Positions 47,250-56,767 of a stretch of DNA of 64,000 bases are shown here, in pieces. The stretch covers positions 74,594 through 138,593 of the forward strand of contig JAIORP010000068.1 in NCBI GenBank assembly GCA_021108075.1, in the 5' to 3' direction. The first letter of the stretch is position 1. Each line of letters starts with the position of its first letter. The notes under the pieces are model-generated. The model saw only the letters and a program-made list of their open reading frames with translations. It made no database searches and was not told the origin of the DNA. The DNA comes from Candidatus Omnitrophota bacterium. Its GTDB lineage: Bacteria; Omnitrophota; Gorgyraeia; Zapsychrales; Zapsychraceae. The translations under genes were made by a program, and so were the position numbers.

Positions 47250-49052
47250 TTGACCAGGTCAATCGTTTGTTATTGGAGGGGGATCAATATTTTAGATTAT
47301 CGACGTATTCATCCGCTTTATGTGCTTGGTTTTTTAACCGTGTTGACATTTTGTAATTGTCTTTTGAACGGATTTGTCGGCGATGACGGGTTTTTGATTG
47401 TTCACAATACATTTTTTCAGAAATGGGAAAATGTTCGGCTATTATTTGATCCGTCCGTCATGACCCAGTCCGATAATGTTTTTAATTCTTCCCAATATTT
47501 TCATACAGGGTCGGTTGCCTTCCGTCCGGTTTTATCTCTCAGTTATTTTCTGGATTTTGCCCTTTTCCAGAAGAACGCCTGGGGGTATCATCTGCACAGT
47601 TTGCTTATTCATGTGCTGAATGTTGTGGGTGTTTACACCCTCTTGCGGTTTCTTTCTGATAAAAAATTTTTAGCGCTTAGTGTCGCGCTTCTTTTTAGTC
47701 TACATCCCTTAAAAAGTGATCCGGTTTGCAGTATCGGCTATCGCGCAGACTTATTGGCCTGTCTGTGGATGCTGGGGGCCTTTTTGAGTTACGCGGCGGG
47801 TAAAGGTCGTGGAGATGGGAAAAAGAGGCGCGCTTTAGGCGCGGTTTCGTATCTTTGTTATGCTTTAGCTCTTTTGTCCAAGGAGTCAACCATTATTTTT
47901 CCCGTCCTATTAATCTCTTATGATGTGGTTGTTAAGAGGGAAAAGGTTTTTTCAGTGCCTGAGTTTTTGGGAAGATACGGTGGTTATCTTTTCCTTCTGT
48001 TTCTTTATTTGTTTGCCTATGTTTTTTTCATGAAGAACCATACCCTGCAGTCGATGGCCTATTGGGGAGGGAATATTTTTTCCCATATGGGGATGATGCT
48101 ACAAATATTTTTTCATTATGCGCTCAGCTTTATCTGGCCATTGCATGTCAAGGTGCTCCCTCCGGGGTATTTGCCCGCCTGGAGCGGATTCAGTCTATGG
48201 GTGATTGCCTGTGGATGCGTATTTTTGGTGCTGTTAGCGGTTGTATATAAAAAGGCGTTGAAAACAGATCGATTAAAATCTTTTTTTATCATCTGGTTTT
48301 TTGTTTGTCTTCTGCCTGTTGCGAATGTGGTTCCCATTGCTAATCCTATGGCGAACCGCTTTTTATACCTGCCTTCGATCGGAATTGCGTATTTACTCGC
48401 GGTCTGGATGCTGGCTTTCATGGCGTATTTGAAAACGCGGTTTTCAAAAGCGTCATACGATAAGATGTTTTATGTTGGCATTATCGGAGTATGTTCGCTC
48501 ATGACAATGACCTTAAATACAGCCTGGAAAAGTGACTCTGTTCTGGCCCTTCATATGATGAAAGACTATCCGCATGCGCCACAGGGGTACTTGCTGTTAG
48601 CCCTGCAGGTCTTTGATGAGGGATTGCTACATGAAGCCAAAGACCTGGCTGATAAAAGCCTTGAACTCGGCATTTCAGATCCAAGGGCATACTATATCGC
48701 GGGCGCGACGCGATTAACCTTTTTAGACAAGTCAAAACCTTATTTTGAACGCTGTATTCAGGAATTCCCGCAGTATGCATTGGCTTATGTGGCCTTGGGG
48801 CGCATATATTTTTTTAAAGAGGATGATAATAAGGCTTTGCATTATTTCCAAAAAAGTATACAATTATCTTCATCTTATGCCGCTTATGCCTATATGATGC
48901 AAATATACATCAAAGATGGAAATATTTCAGAAGCCCAACGCTTGTTTCATGAGGCCCGGCAGCACATACAGAAGAAGGAATACCTTCTCTCATTAGAAAA
49001 TATTTTAAAGATCGCGGGCGATTGGCGAGGCCCTGTAGATGTTGGGATATAA
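47250..49052 (+). CDS. polytopic membrane protein with C-terminal TPR repeats (TMTC / DUF1736-like putative GT-C glycosyltransferase)
   Basis: ~11 TM helices, then TPR repeats (HMMKDYPHAPQGYLLLALQVFDEG..., YALAYVALGRIYFFKEDDNKALHYFQKSIQL). Confidence 0.5.
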   Translation: MTRSIVCYWRGINILDYRRIHPLYVLGFLTVLTFCNCLLNGFVGDDGFLIVHNTFFQKWENVRLLFDPSVMTQSDNVFNSSQYFHTGSVAFRPVLSLSYFLDFALFQKNAWGYHLHSLLIHVLNVVGVYTLLRFLSDKKFLALSVALLFSLHPLKSDPVCSIGYRADLLACLWMLGAFLSYAAGKGRGDGKKRRALGAVSYLCYALALLSKESTIIFPVLLISYDVVVKREKVFSVPEFLGRYGGYLFLLFLYLFAYVFFMKNHTLQSMAYWGGNIFSHMGMMLQIFFHYALSFIWPLHVKVLPPGYLPAWSGFSLWVIACGCVFLVLLAVVYKKALKTDRLKSFFIIWFFVCLLPVANVVPIANPMANRFLYLPSIGIAYLLAVWMLAFMAYLKTRFSKASYDKMFYVGIIGVCSLMTMTLNTAWKSDSVLALHMMKDYPHAPQGYLLLALQVFDEGLLHEAKDLADKSLELGISDPRAYYIAGATRLTFLDKSKPYFERCIQEFPQYALAYVALGRIYFFKEDDNKALHYFQKSIQLSSSYAAYAYMMQIYIKDGNISEAQRLFHEARQHIQKKEYLLSLENILKIAGDWRGPVDVGI

Positions 49053-49076
49053 GAAGGGGAGTCAGTATATCAAAAG

Positions 49077-49508
49077 GTGGAGGACAAGATGAAGAGTTAT
49101 CGGGAAGAATTATGGTTTAACACACAAACGCGCCGGGAATATATCAATATATCCCGGGAGGTTCAGAAAACGCTTAATCAGAGCGGTATTAAAGAGGGCT
49201 TGTGTTTGGTGAATGCCATGCATATCACCGCAAGTGTATATATTAATGATGATGAACGGGGTTTGATCTCTGATTATGACCAATGGTTGGAACAGCTCGC
49301 TCCGCATGAGCCGATTTCCCATTACCGTCATAATAACACGGGGGAGGATAATGGGGATGCGCATTTAAAACGTCAGGTCATGGGCCGTGAAGTTGTTGTT
49401 GCGGTGACAAATGGTCGTTTGGATTTTGGTCCATGGGAGCAGATTTTTTATGCCGAGTTCGATGGACGCAGAAGAAAAAGAGTTTTGGTTAAGATTATTG
49501 GTGAATAA
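49077..49508 (+). CDS. YjbQ family protein (second paralog)
   Basis: [52 protein letters not shown] matches the YjbQ C-terminal signature. Confidence 0.75.
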   Translation: MEDKMKSYREELWFNTQTRREYINISREVQKTLNQSGIKEGLCLVNAMHITASVYINDDERGLISDYDQWLEQLAPHEPISHYRHNNTGEDNGDAHLKRQVMGREVVVAVTNGRLDFGPWEQIFYAEFDGRRRKRVLVKIIGE

Positions 49509-49561
49509 TAGTCATTCCCTGTCAATATGGGTGACTGGAGAGAAGAACAGGAGGTTTTCAT

Positions 49562-50467
49562 ATGAGTTTGATCGCCCTAGGAACGATTGCTTTGGATAAT
49601 ATCAAGACGGTATCTGGTTTGAAGAAAAATTTATTAGGCGGATCGGCCGCTCATTTTAGTATGAGTTCAAGTTTGTTCACGGATGTCCACATCGTTAGTG
49701 TTATTGGTCAGGATTTTCCGGCCAAACATAAAAAATTTTTAGAGGATAAGGGCGTGAACCTTGAATCTGTGATTGAGAACCCCGGACCGTCGTTTGCGTG
49801 GACAGGGGAATACAGGAAAGGTGATTACAATAATGCGATCACGTTAAAGACAGAATTGGGTGTCTTGTTAGATTATCAGCCATTTGTGAGCGAGGCCCAA
49901 AAAAATATTTCACATGTTTTTTTAGCCAACTTTGATCCACAGATTCAAATGGCTTTTTTGAAACAAATGAAGAACCCCCAATTCGTTGGCCTGGACACGA
50001 TGAATTTATGGATTCAGCACCAGAAAAAGACGGTCTTGAAATTGATGAAGAAAATCCATCTTTTTGTGCTTAATGATGGTGAGGCCTGTGCTCTTACCGG
50101 CGAGACCAATTTGATTAAAGCCGCGAAGAAATTACGGAGGATGGGGCCTGCATATGTTGTGATCAAAAAAGGCGAACATGGCGTTCTGTTTTATTCGGAT
50201 GACTTTATGTTTTCCTATTCCGCTTATCCCGTTGAGAAGGTTGTTGATCCAACGGGCGCGGGTGATACGTTTGCCGGCGGTCTGATGGGATATTTAAGCA
50301 AGGCCTCGAAAGTGAATGAAACAACAATGCGAAAGGCTGTTATTTATGCGACGACATTGGCCTCCTTTAACGTCGAGGCCTTTGGGATGTCGAAGACCTC
50401 GGGCTTAACAATGGTGACGGTTAATGAACGCAGGAAGCATTACTTGAGGTTTATTTCTCCTAAATGA
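49562..50467 (+). CDS. PfkB-family carbohydrate/nucleoside kinase
   Basis: Ribokinase motif DPTGAGDTFAGG. Confidence 0.8.
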   Translation: MSLIALGTIALDNIKTVSGLKKNLLGGSAAHFSMSSSLFTDVHIVSVIGQDFPAKHKKFLEDKGVNLESVIENPGPSFAWTGEYRKGDYNNAITLKTELGVLLDYQPFVSEAQKNISHVFLANFDPQIQMAFLKQMKNPQFVGLDTMNLWIQHQKKTVLKLMKKIHLFVLNDGEACALTGETNLIKAAKKLRRMGPAYVVIKKGEHGVLFYSDDFMFSYSAYPVEKVVDPTGAGDTFAGGLMGYLSKASKVNETTMRKAVIYATTLASFNVEAFGMSKTSGLTMVTVNERRKHYLRFISPK

Positions 50468-50538
50468 TTGTCCTTTGTTGACCTTAGCGGAGTCATCCCG
50501 CGGGTGCCGTCTTAGATCGTTCAGCCTCTATTTTAGAG

Positions 50539-50886
50539 TTGCCTGTGTTTGAGGATGGAAATAGACGTATCAAATTTACCGAGACAGGGAAAGAAATATT
50601 TATGCCTGATAAATTTATGGATCAAATCGCACTGGTGGCTGCCATTGTTTTGCCGCTTTTCAACATCCCGTTAATCGTTAAGATTCTTCGACGGAAATCC
50701 TCTCAGGATTTAAGCCTGTGCTGGGTCCTGGGGGTGTGGACGTGCATCGTTTTGATGGCCCCTTCGGGCATGCGCTCAGAAGATATTGTTTGGCGGGTCT
50801 TTAATTATGTTAATATCGTATTGTTTACTTTTGTTATGATTGTGACAGTCAAATATAGAAAAGGAATGAAAACGCATGCCGGATAA
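50539..50886 (+). CDS. small membrane protein (hypothetical)
   Basis: Two to three hydrophobic helices. The start may be ATG 50602. Confidence 0.35.
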   Translation: MPVFEDGNRRIKFTETGKEIFMPDKFMDQIALVAAIVLPLFNIPLIVKILRRKSSQDLSLCWVLGVWTCIVLMAPSGMRSEDIVWRVFNYVNIVLFTFVMIVTVKYRKGMKTHAG

Positions 50887-51835
50887 ATCGCGCAATAAAG
50901 AAAACAAGGAGATCAAAAAGGAACAGACCCGTTGCGGTTTTGTTTCGGTGGTTGGACGTCCAAATGTTGGCAAATCAACACTTGTTAATAAAATGATTGG
51001 AGAAAAAATATCAATTGTCTCACGTGTTCCGCAAACGACACGAAGACAGATCAGGGGCATTTATACGGATGAGCGCGGCCAGATCATTTTTATTGATACC
51101 CCTGGTTTGCACCTGGGCTCAGACCGCTTGGATCGATTTATGAACCGTTCTTCAACCGGGACGTTAGATGAAGTTGATTGTGTGATTCATCTGGTTGATC
51201 CTAGCCGCAGGGTCGGGGAAGAAGAGAAAAATGTTGTCCAGCATTTGAAGTCCATTAAAGTTCCGATTATTTTGGGTTTAAATAAAGTCGATTTGAAAAG
51301 CCTTGATTTTACCCCTTACATCTCACTATGGGAGAAGATGGCTGGAAAAGCGATTACAGATATTAAGCATTTAACCATGATCGCTATATCAGGCAAATCA
51401 GGGATCAACCTGGACAAACTGATGGATATTATTTTTCATTCTTTGCCCAGAGGTCCGCTGTTATACCCTCAGGATATTATTTGTGATCTGCCCCGCCGTT
51501 TGGCTATGGCGGATATTATTCGGGAAAAATTGTTTAATCTGATGCGCCAGGAAATACCGCATTCCCTTGAAGTTTATATCGAACATGTCCAACCGCGCAA
51601 GGGGAACATGTTGAATGTTAAGGCCTTGATCATGGTGGCCCGCCCCGGACAAAAAGAGATCGTGATAGGAAAAAAAGGAGAAATTTTGAAGCTGATTGGA
51701 ACAAAGGCCCGTAAGGAGCTGGAAATCCTTTTAGAATCGAAAGTCTTTCTCGACCTTCATGTTAAGGCCAAAAAGGGCTGGCGCGACAACCTTTCTGTTC
51801 TGCAGGACCTCGGTTATGAATTTTTTATTGATTAG
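50876..51835 (+). CDS. era: GTPase Era
   Basis: G1 GRPNVGKST, G2/G3 (DTPG) and a C-terminal KH domain. Confidence 0.9.
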   Translation: MPDKSRNKENKEIKKEQTRCGFVSVVGRPNVGKSTLVNKMIGEKISIVSRVPQTTRRQIRGIYTDERGQIIFIDTPGLHLGSDRLDRFMNRSSTGTLDEVDCVIHLVDPSRRVGEEEKNVVQHLKSIKVPIILGLNKVDLKSLDFTPYISLWEKMAGKAITDIKHLTMIAISGKSGINLDKLMDIIFHSLPRGPLLYPQDIICDLPRRLAMADIIREKLFNLMRQEIPHSLEVYIEHVQPRKGNMLNVKALIMVARPGQKEIVIGKKGEILKLIGTKARKELEILLESKVFLDLHVKAKKGWRDNLSVLQDLGYEFFID

Positions 51836-51960
51836 GCCTGTTTCCTGTTTTTTGACAGAGAAACAACCCCGCACGATCATTCCATAATAGACTATCTTTT
51901 CTCGCTGGAATTGAATATACTGATGAATAATATTAACGCCGCAAGCATATTCTATCTCAT

Positions 51961-52638
51961 ATGAAATCAAACTTTATGTCTGTCAAGCAAATCCAGGAGC
52001 TGGATCGTATGGCCATTGAAGAGAAGAGGGTTCCTTCGGTCGCTTTGATGGAGAATGCCGGCCGTTCGGTTGCGGATCATGTGTCCGCGCTGCTTGAAAA
52101 AAAGAAAGAAGCGTGTGTCTGTGTTCTGTGCGGGCTTGGAAATAACGCCGGAGATGGTTTTGTGGCCGCCAGACATTTGTGGAATGCAGAAATGAATGTT
52201 TCTGTGTTTTTGCTCGGACCTTCTGATAAGTTGAAGAATGATGCCCGCATCAATTATGAAATTTTAAAACGCTGTCATTACCCCGTTAAGGAAATCTTCC
52301 GTTTAACGCCCACTTTAAAGACGGTATTGGCGAAGGCTGATGTTGTTGTCGACGCCATTTTTGGAGTTGGTTTAAATCGAGACATCGAAGGGTTATTTCG
52401 TTCGTGCATAGCGTTGGTCAATGATTTGCGGTGTCAGGTCGTTGCGGTGGATATTCCTTCTGGCCTGGACGGAACAACCGGGCATATTTACCAGGTCTGC
52501 ATAAAGGCGAAAAGGACTGTGACCTTCAGTGCTCCCAAGGCCGGGTTTTATCGTCAGGAAGGTCCACGATATGTCGGTGATGTCGTGACCGTTGATATCG
52601 GTATTCCGCGTAAATTGTTTAAAGGCCGTAAGAAATAG
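51961..52638 (+). CDS. nnrE: NAD(P)H-hydrate epimerase (YjeF N-terminal domain)
   Basis: VALMENAGRSVADHV ... CGLGNNAGDGFVAARHL matches the YjeF-N signature. The protein is standalone (225 aa). Confidence 0.75.
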   Translation: MKSNFMSVKQIQELDRMAIEEKRVPSVALMENAGRSVADHVSALLEKKKEACVCVLCGLGNNAGDGFVAARHLWNAEMNVSVFLLGPSDKLKNDARINYEILKRCHYPVKEIFRLTPTLKTVLAKADVVVDAIFGVGLNRDIEGLFRSCIALVNDLRCQVVAVDIPSGLDGTTGHIYQVCIKAKRTVTFSAPKAGFYRQEGPRYVGDVVTVDIGIPRKLFKGRKK

Positions 52639-52667
52639 CTGCAGGCAAAATAGATGGAAAGCAAGAG

Positions 52668-53327
52668 ATGTTAAATAATCAACATATTGACCGAGTGATA
52701 ACCTTGCTGCGCAAGGGCGTTAAGGATTTGCCTGATCCGTCGGTCACAATGGTCGGTAAACAGTGGGGTGATCCTTTTTTAGTCTTGATATCCTGTATCA
52801 TGAGCTTACGCACAAAAGATGAAACGACTTTGCCCGCTGCGTCACGATTGTTTAAGACCGCCAGAACACCCCGGGGTATCCTTAATCTGACCGCAAAACA
52901 AATTGAGAAATTGATTTATCCTGTCGGTTTTTATAAAACAAAAGCGAAAACCATCCGTGCGATATGCCGGAAGCTGTTGGAGGAATTTAATGGCCAGGTG
53001 CCGGATGATTTAGATGTTTTGCTGACTTTTAAAGGGGTTGGCCGTAAAACGGCCAACCTGGTTGTAACTGAAGGTTTTCATAAACTGGGAATTTGTGTCG
53101 ATACACATGTGCACCGTATTTCAAATCGCTTGGGATATGTAGCCACGTCCACGCCGAACGACACAGAAATGGTTTTGCGCGAAAAGTTGCCAAAAAAGCA
53201 TTGGATCGCCTACAATACTCTGCTAGTATTGTGGGGGCAGAACGTCTGTCGTCCGATATCACCCTTTTGTTCGCAATGTCCCATCTGCAAATATTGTGCG
53301 CGATGTCAAGTGGAGAAGAGTCGATAA
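52668..53327 (+). CDS. nth: endonuclease III (HhH-GPD base-excision glycosylase with a 4Fe-4S cluster)
   Basis: HhH-GPD region FKGVGRKTANLVV and a C-terminal C-x6-C-x2-C-x5-C cluster. Confidence 0.8.
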   Translation: MLNNQHIDRVITLLRKGVKDLPDPSVTMVGKQWGDPFLVLISCIMSLRTKDETTLPAASRLFKTARTPRGILNLTAKQIEKLIYPVGFYKTKAKTIRAICRKLLEEFNGQVPDDLDVLLTFKGVGRKTANLVVTEGFHKLGICVDTHVHRISNRLGYVATSTPNDTEMVLREKLPKKHWIAYNTLLVLWGQNVCRPISPFCSQCPICKYCARCQVEKSR

Positions 53328-53331
53328 AATT

Positions 53332-54618
53332 ATGCGTTTATTTGTATATTTATCAGAAATTTTAGGCCGTAATGTTTGTGACGCCCGCAACCATGTTGTT
53401 GGAAAAATATATGATGTTTCGATGCGGATGAGTGAAGAGGTTTTTCCCCGGACGGAAAGTATCCTTGTCCGGCGGGGATTTTTTAAAAAAGAATATGCCA
53501 AAATCCCCATAGCCGATTGTGCTGATTTGGGCCGGCCTTTGCGGTTGAAAATATCAAAAGAGAAGGTCGTTTTTCAGGAAGAAAAAATTAGGAGTACCTT
53601 TTCCCTTTGTCGGCACATCCTGGATCAGCAAGTTGTTGATATTAATGACCAGAAGGTTGTGCGTGTCAATGATGTGCATTTGCTGCGCATTGATAATCAG
53701 TTTCACCTGGCACATGTTGATATCGGAATCCGTGGGATTATTCGGCGCTTGGAGTGGAATAAAATGATCGATGGCGTGGTTCGTTTGTTCGCCCCTGATT
53801 CGAGCTTCTTAACTCAGGAAGATTTTATCTCATGGAAGAACACGCAAGTGCTGACGATCGGGCGCAGTCATAATGTGCTCAGGTCAAACATGGCACGCCA
53901 AAAATTATCACGCATACCTCCCACGCAGTTGGCGGAGATCATGGAGGATTTAGACGTTTTTGAGAAAGTGTCCCTGTTTAAGTCCTTTTCCGTTGACATG
54001 CAGCACAAAGTTTTTACGGACATGGCGTTGCAGGAAAAAGAGGAATTGATCGACCAGCTCAGTAACCATGATGCCGTGAGGATTATCGAGAATATCCCCA
54101 AAGATGAGGCGACGGATTTGCTTCTGAATTTGCCGAAAGATAAGATGATGAATTTGTTGAGGCTGATGAAACGCGAAAACGCCATGATTTTGAAGAAATT
54201 ATTGGGCTTCGAGAAAGATTCGGCGGGCGGCTTGATGACGACGGAATATTTATCATTGCCAGAGGATTCTTTCGTTAAAGATGCCTTGCAGGAAATCAAA
54301 AATAATGTGGAAAAACCTGTTAACTTATTCCATATTTATATCGTTGATAATGATAACCGTCTTTTAGGGTCGACGTCCTTGAGAAACTTTATTAACGCGG
54401 ACTTGAACACGCCGATTACCGAGACGTGTTTTTCATACCGAATATTCGTGCGGACGGATGATGATATCGAAGAGGTTGCGTTGATACTGGAGAAATATAA
54501 ATTTTCATCCATTCCTGTTTTGAACGAAGACGATATTTTGCAGGGCGTCATTACCATTGATGACGTGGTCGAAGAATTAATTTCGATTGCCTGGAAAAAA
54601 TATGATGGGCAATTGTAG
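53332..54618 (+). CDS. MgtE-type cytoplasmic sensor module (PRC-barrel-like, MgtE_N and tandem CBS domains) without a transmembrane domain
   Basis: MgtE_N helices (DEATDLLLNLPKDKMMNLLRLM), then AGGLMTTEYLSL (the MgtE CBS start) and a second CBS domain. The ORF ends without any hydrophobic helices. Confidence 0.7.
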   Translation: MRLFVYLSEILGRNVCDARNHVVGKIYDVSMRMSEEVFPRTESILVRRGFFKKEYAKIPIADCADLGRPLRLKISKEKVVFQEEKIRSTFSLCRHILDQQVVDINDQKVVRVNDVHLLRIDNQFHLAHVDIGIRGIIRRLEWNKMIDGVVRLFAPDSSFLTQEDFISWKNTQVLTIGRSHNVLRSNMARQKLSRIPPTQLAEIMEDLDVFEKVSLFKSFSVDMQHKVFTDMALQEKEELIDQLSNHDAVRIIENIPKDEATDLLLNLPKDKMMNLLRLMKRENAMILKKLLGFEKDSAGGLMTTEYLSLPEDSFVKDALQEIKNNVEKPVNLFHIYIVDNDNRLLGSTSLRNFINADLNTPITETCFSYRIFVRTDDDIEEVALILEKYKFSSIPVLNEDDILQGVITIDDVVEELISIAWKKYDGQL

Positions 54619-54649
54619 GCAGGGGGCTAACGGTACCATATAAAAAAGC

Positions 54650-55930
54650 ATGAAAAAATTTTGGGAAACATTTAAAAATTCACGCCCGATAAAAAGCTTG
54701 CTGCTTTTTTTAGCTGTCATGGGCCCTGGCATCATTACCGCTAATGTGGACAACGATGCTGGCGGTATCGCGACGTATTCTCTGGCAGGGGCTCATTTTG
54801 GATATACGCTCATGTGGTCTTTGGTCCCGATCACATTGGCGCTCATCCTTGTCCAGGAAATGTGCGCGCGCATGGCCGTGGCCACGGGAAAGGGGCTGGC
54901 CGATTTAATTAGAGAGAATTACGGCGTGAAGGTGACGTTCTATCTCATGTTTGTGCTGTTTTTGGTCAATCTCACAAATGTGATGGCCGAGTTTTCCGGG
55001 ATTGCCATGAGCTTAGAACTTTTTCATATCAGCCGGTTTTTGTCCGTGCCGGTCAGCGCAATACTCGTTTGGATGCTGGTCGTTAAAGGAACGTATAAGT
55101 CCGTTGAAAAAATATTTTTATTCGCCTGCCTATTTTATGTGGCTTATATCTTTTCTGGTTTTATGGCCAAACCGGATTGGACGGATGTCTTGCATCAGAC
55201 ACTTCATCCCAAAATGGAATGGAAGCTGGATTACACGATCATGCTGGTTGGCCTGGTCGGGACAACGATTGCGCCCTGGATGCAGTTTTATCTGCAGTCA
55301 TCCATCGTCGAGAAGGGCGTGACACCGGAAGAGTATAAACATATTAAGATTGATGTGGTCGGGGGATGCATTCTTGCTCCCGTGATTGCTTTTTTTATTG
55401 TCGTGGCGTGTGGGGCAACCCTGTTTCAGGAAGGGATTATGATTGAGTCCGCGCAGGAAGCGGCGGTGGCTTTGAAGCCTTTAGCGGGGCAATATGCGAG
55501 TGTCCTCTTTGCGTTGGGATTGTTTAACGCTTCGTTTTTTGCCGCGTCTGTTTTGCCCTTGTCGACGTCATATTGTGTTTGCGAAGGGATGGGGTGGGAC
55601 GCTGGTATTGATAAACGGTTTGAAGAGGCCCCGCATTTTTTTTGGATGTATACATTTATGATTGCCATCGGGGCAGGCGTTGTTTTGATCCCGCGGTTCC
55701 CCTTATTGGGGATGATGTATTTTTCCCAGGTCGGGAACGGTATTCTTTTGCCTTTTATCCTTATTTTTATGCTGAAGCTCATTAATGATAAAGAATTGAT
55801 GGGCGAGTTTGCTAATTCGAAATTTTTAAATATTATCACTTGGGTCGCAGTTGCGATTATCATCGCTCTCACCTTAACGATGGTTGTTTTTGCTTTATCA
55901 AATTCAGACGCCTTATTTGGAATTAAATAG
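54650..55930 (+). CDS. Nramp-related divalent cation transporter with a non-canonical metal site (NRMT-like, putative Mg2+ transporter)
   Basis: 11-12 TM helices. The TM1 motif is GPGIITANVDNDAGGIATYSLAGA (DAGG in place of DPGN). The TM6 motif is GTTIAPWMQFYLQSS (T..A in place of A..M of the canonical MPH). Confidence 0.7.
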   Translation: MKKFWETFKNSRPIKSLLLFLAVMGPGIITANVDNDAGGIATYSLAGAHFGYTLMWSLVPITLALILVQEMCARMAVATGKGLADLIRENYGVKVTFYLMFVLFLVNLTNVMAEFSGIAMSLELFHISRFLSVPVSAILVWMLVVKGTYKSVEKIFLFACLFYVAYIFSGFMAKPDWTDVLHQTLHPKMEWKLDYTIMLVGLVGTTIAPWMQFYLQSSIVEKGVTPEEYKHIKIDVVGGCILAPVIAFFIVVACGATLFQEGIMIESAQEAAVALKPLAGQYASVLFALGLFNASFFAASVLPLSTSYCVCEGMGWDAGIDKRFEEAPHFFWMYTFMIAIGAGVVLIPRFPLLGMMYFSQVGNGILLPFILIFMLKLINDKELMGEFANSKFLNIITWVAVAIIIALTLTMVVFALSNSDALFGIK

Positions 55931-56082
55931 GATCCGTCGACTGGGATTGTCCTGATTCCCCCGGAAAATAGACTTTTTTGTGCTTCTGATTTGAGGATAT
56001 TTCAAGACGAGTGCCATAGATTTCAGGAACAGTATTGCCGGTGCTTGCCGGGAGGATGCCTTATTCCTGGCACGGAGGCAAA

Positions 56083-56426
56083 ATGAAAAAAATGGAAGCG
56101 ATCGTACGTAATGAAAAATTCGAAGAGATGTGCCAGGTCTTAGAGGATTCCGGAATAGGTGGTATAACCGTTGCAGAGGCTCCGGGATCTGGTCACCACC
56201 GCAATGGTCCTTGTCCGAAAATCAAAATTGACGTTTATTGTGATGAATTTTGGATTGATAAGGTTGTTGATATTGTTCGGTAGGGGGTCGTATGGGTGAA
56301 CCCGGAGACGGAAAGATCGCGGTAATTGGGTTAGACAATTTGAATCGAATCCTAACAGGCGGACAGGTCGCGAGTGCTATTCAGGGTTGGAACATTTTCT
56401 TTACTTTTCATAAAAGTGTAATATAA
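56083..56426 (+). pseudogene. P-II (GlnB-like) signal-transduction protein gene, interrupted by a -1/+2 frameshift at a G5 run
   Basis: The 5' part (MKKMEAIVRNEKFEEMCQVLEDSGIGGITVAEAPGSGHH...VVDIVR*) matches the P-II N-half. The 3' part, in another frame from 56283, reads GGRMGEPGDGKIAVIGLDNLNRILTGGQ and matches the P-II C-terminal GDGKIFV...IRTGE region. The junction is at ggggg (56283-56287). Confidence 0.45.
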
Positions 56427-56529
56427 TGGGTGATACTTTTTTATTTTGGTTTTTGTTGAGTTTATAGAGTATAATTAAAATATTAATATGGAAGGTTGTA
56501 TCTGAATAACAAAGGGTGGTGAATGTTTC

Positions 56530-56691
56530 ATGATTGAAATTAGAGTTTCTGATCAGAATAATTTTGAGAGGGCTATGAAAATCTTTAAGAAGGCTTGTCA
56601 AAAAGATGGTTTTATGATGGAATTGAAAGAGCGCAGATTTTATTCCAAGCCTTCAGAACGTAAACGTCATAAAATGAAGAAGAAACGATAG
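56530..56691 (+). CDS. rpsU: 30S ribosomal protein S21
   Basis: The 53-aa ORF MIEIRVSDQNNFERAMKIFKKACQKDGFMMELKERRFYSKPSERKRHKMKKKR aligns with bacterial S21 ([44 protein letters not shown]). It is below the length cut-off of the ORF track. Confidence 0.8.
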   Translation: MIEIRVSDQNNFERAMKIFKKACQKDGFMMELKERRFYSKPSERKRHKMKKKR

Positions 56692-56704
56692 GTTGTAAAA
56701 TTTT

Positions 56705-56754
56705 GGGACAGATACCGGATGAATATTCCGTTGGGTCTGTCCCTTATTTTTTTT
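56705..56754 (+). terminator. rho-independent terminator after rpsU
   Basis: Stem gggacaga (56705-56712) pairs with tctgtccc (56736-56743), followed by ttatttttttt. Confidence 0.55.
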
Positions 56755-56767
56755 AAGGTTAGCTGAT

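Noticed and set aside
51836-51960. Hairpin after era (gtttcctgttttttgacagagaaac) as a terminator
   Set aside because: The stem is imperfect and is not followed by a T-run. Evidence is too weak to call.
56330-56400. Possible tRNA because of the tcgaatcc T-loop-like string
   Set aside because: There is no acceptor stem, D-arm or anticodon arm that can be folded around it. The region is better explained as the 3' part of the frameshifted P-II-like gene.
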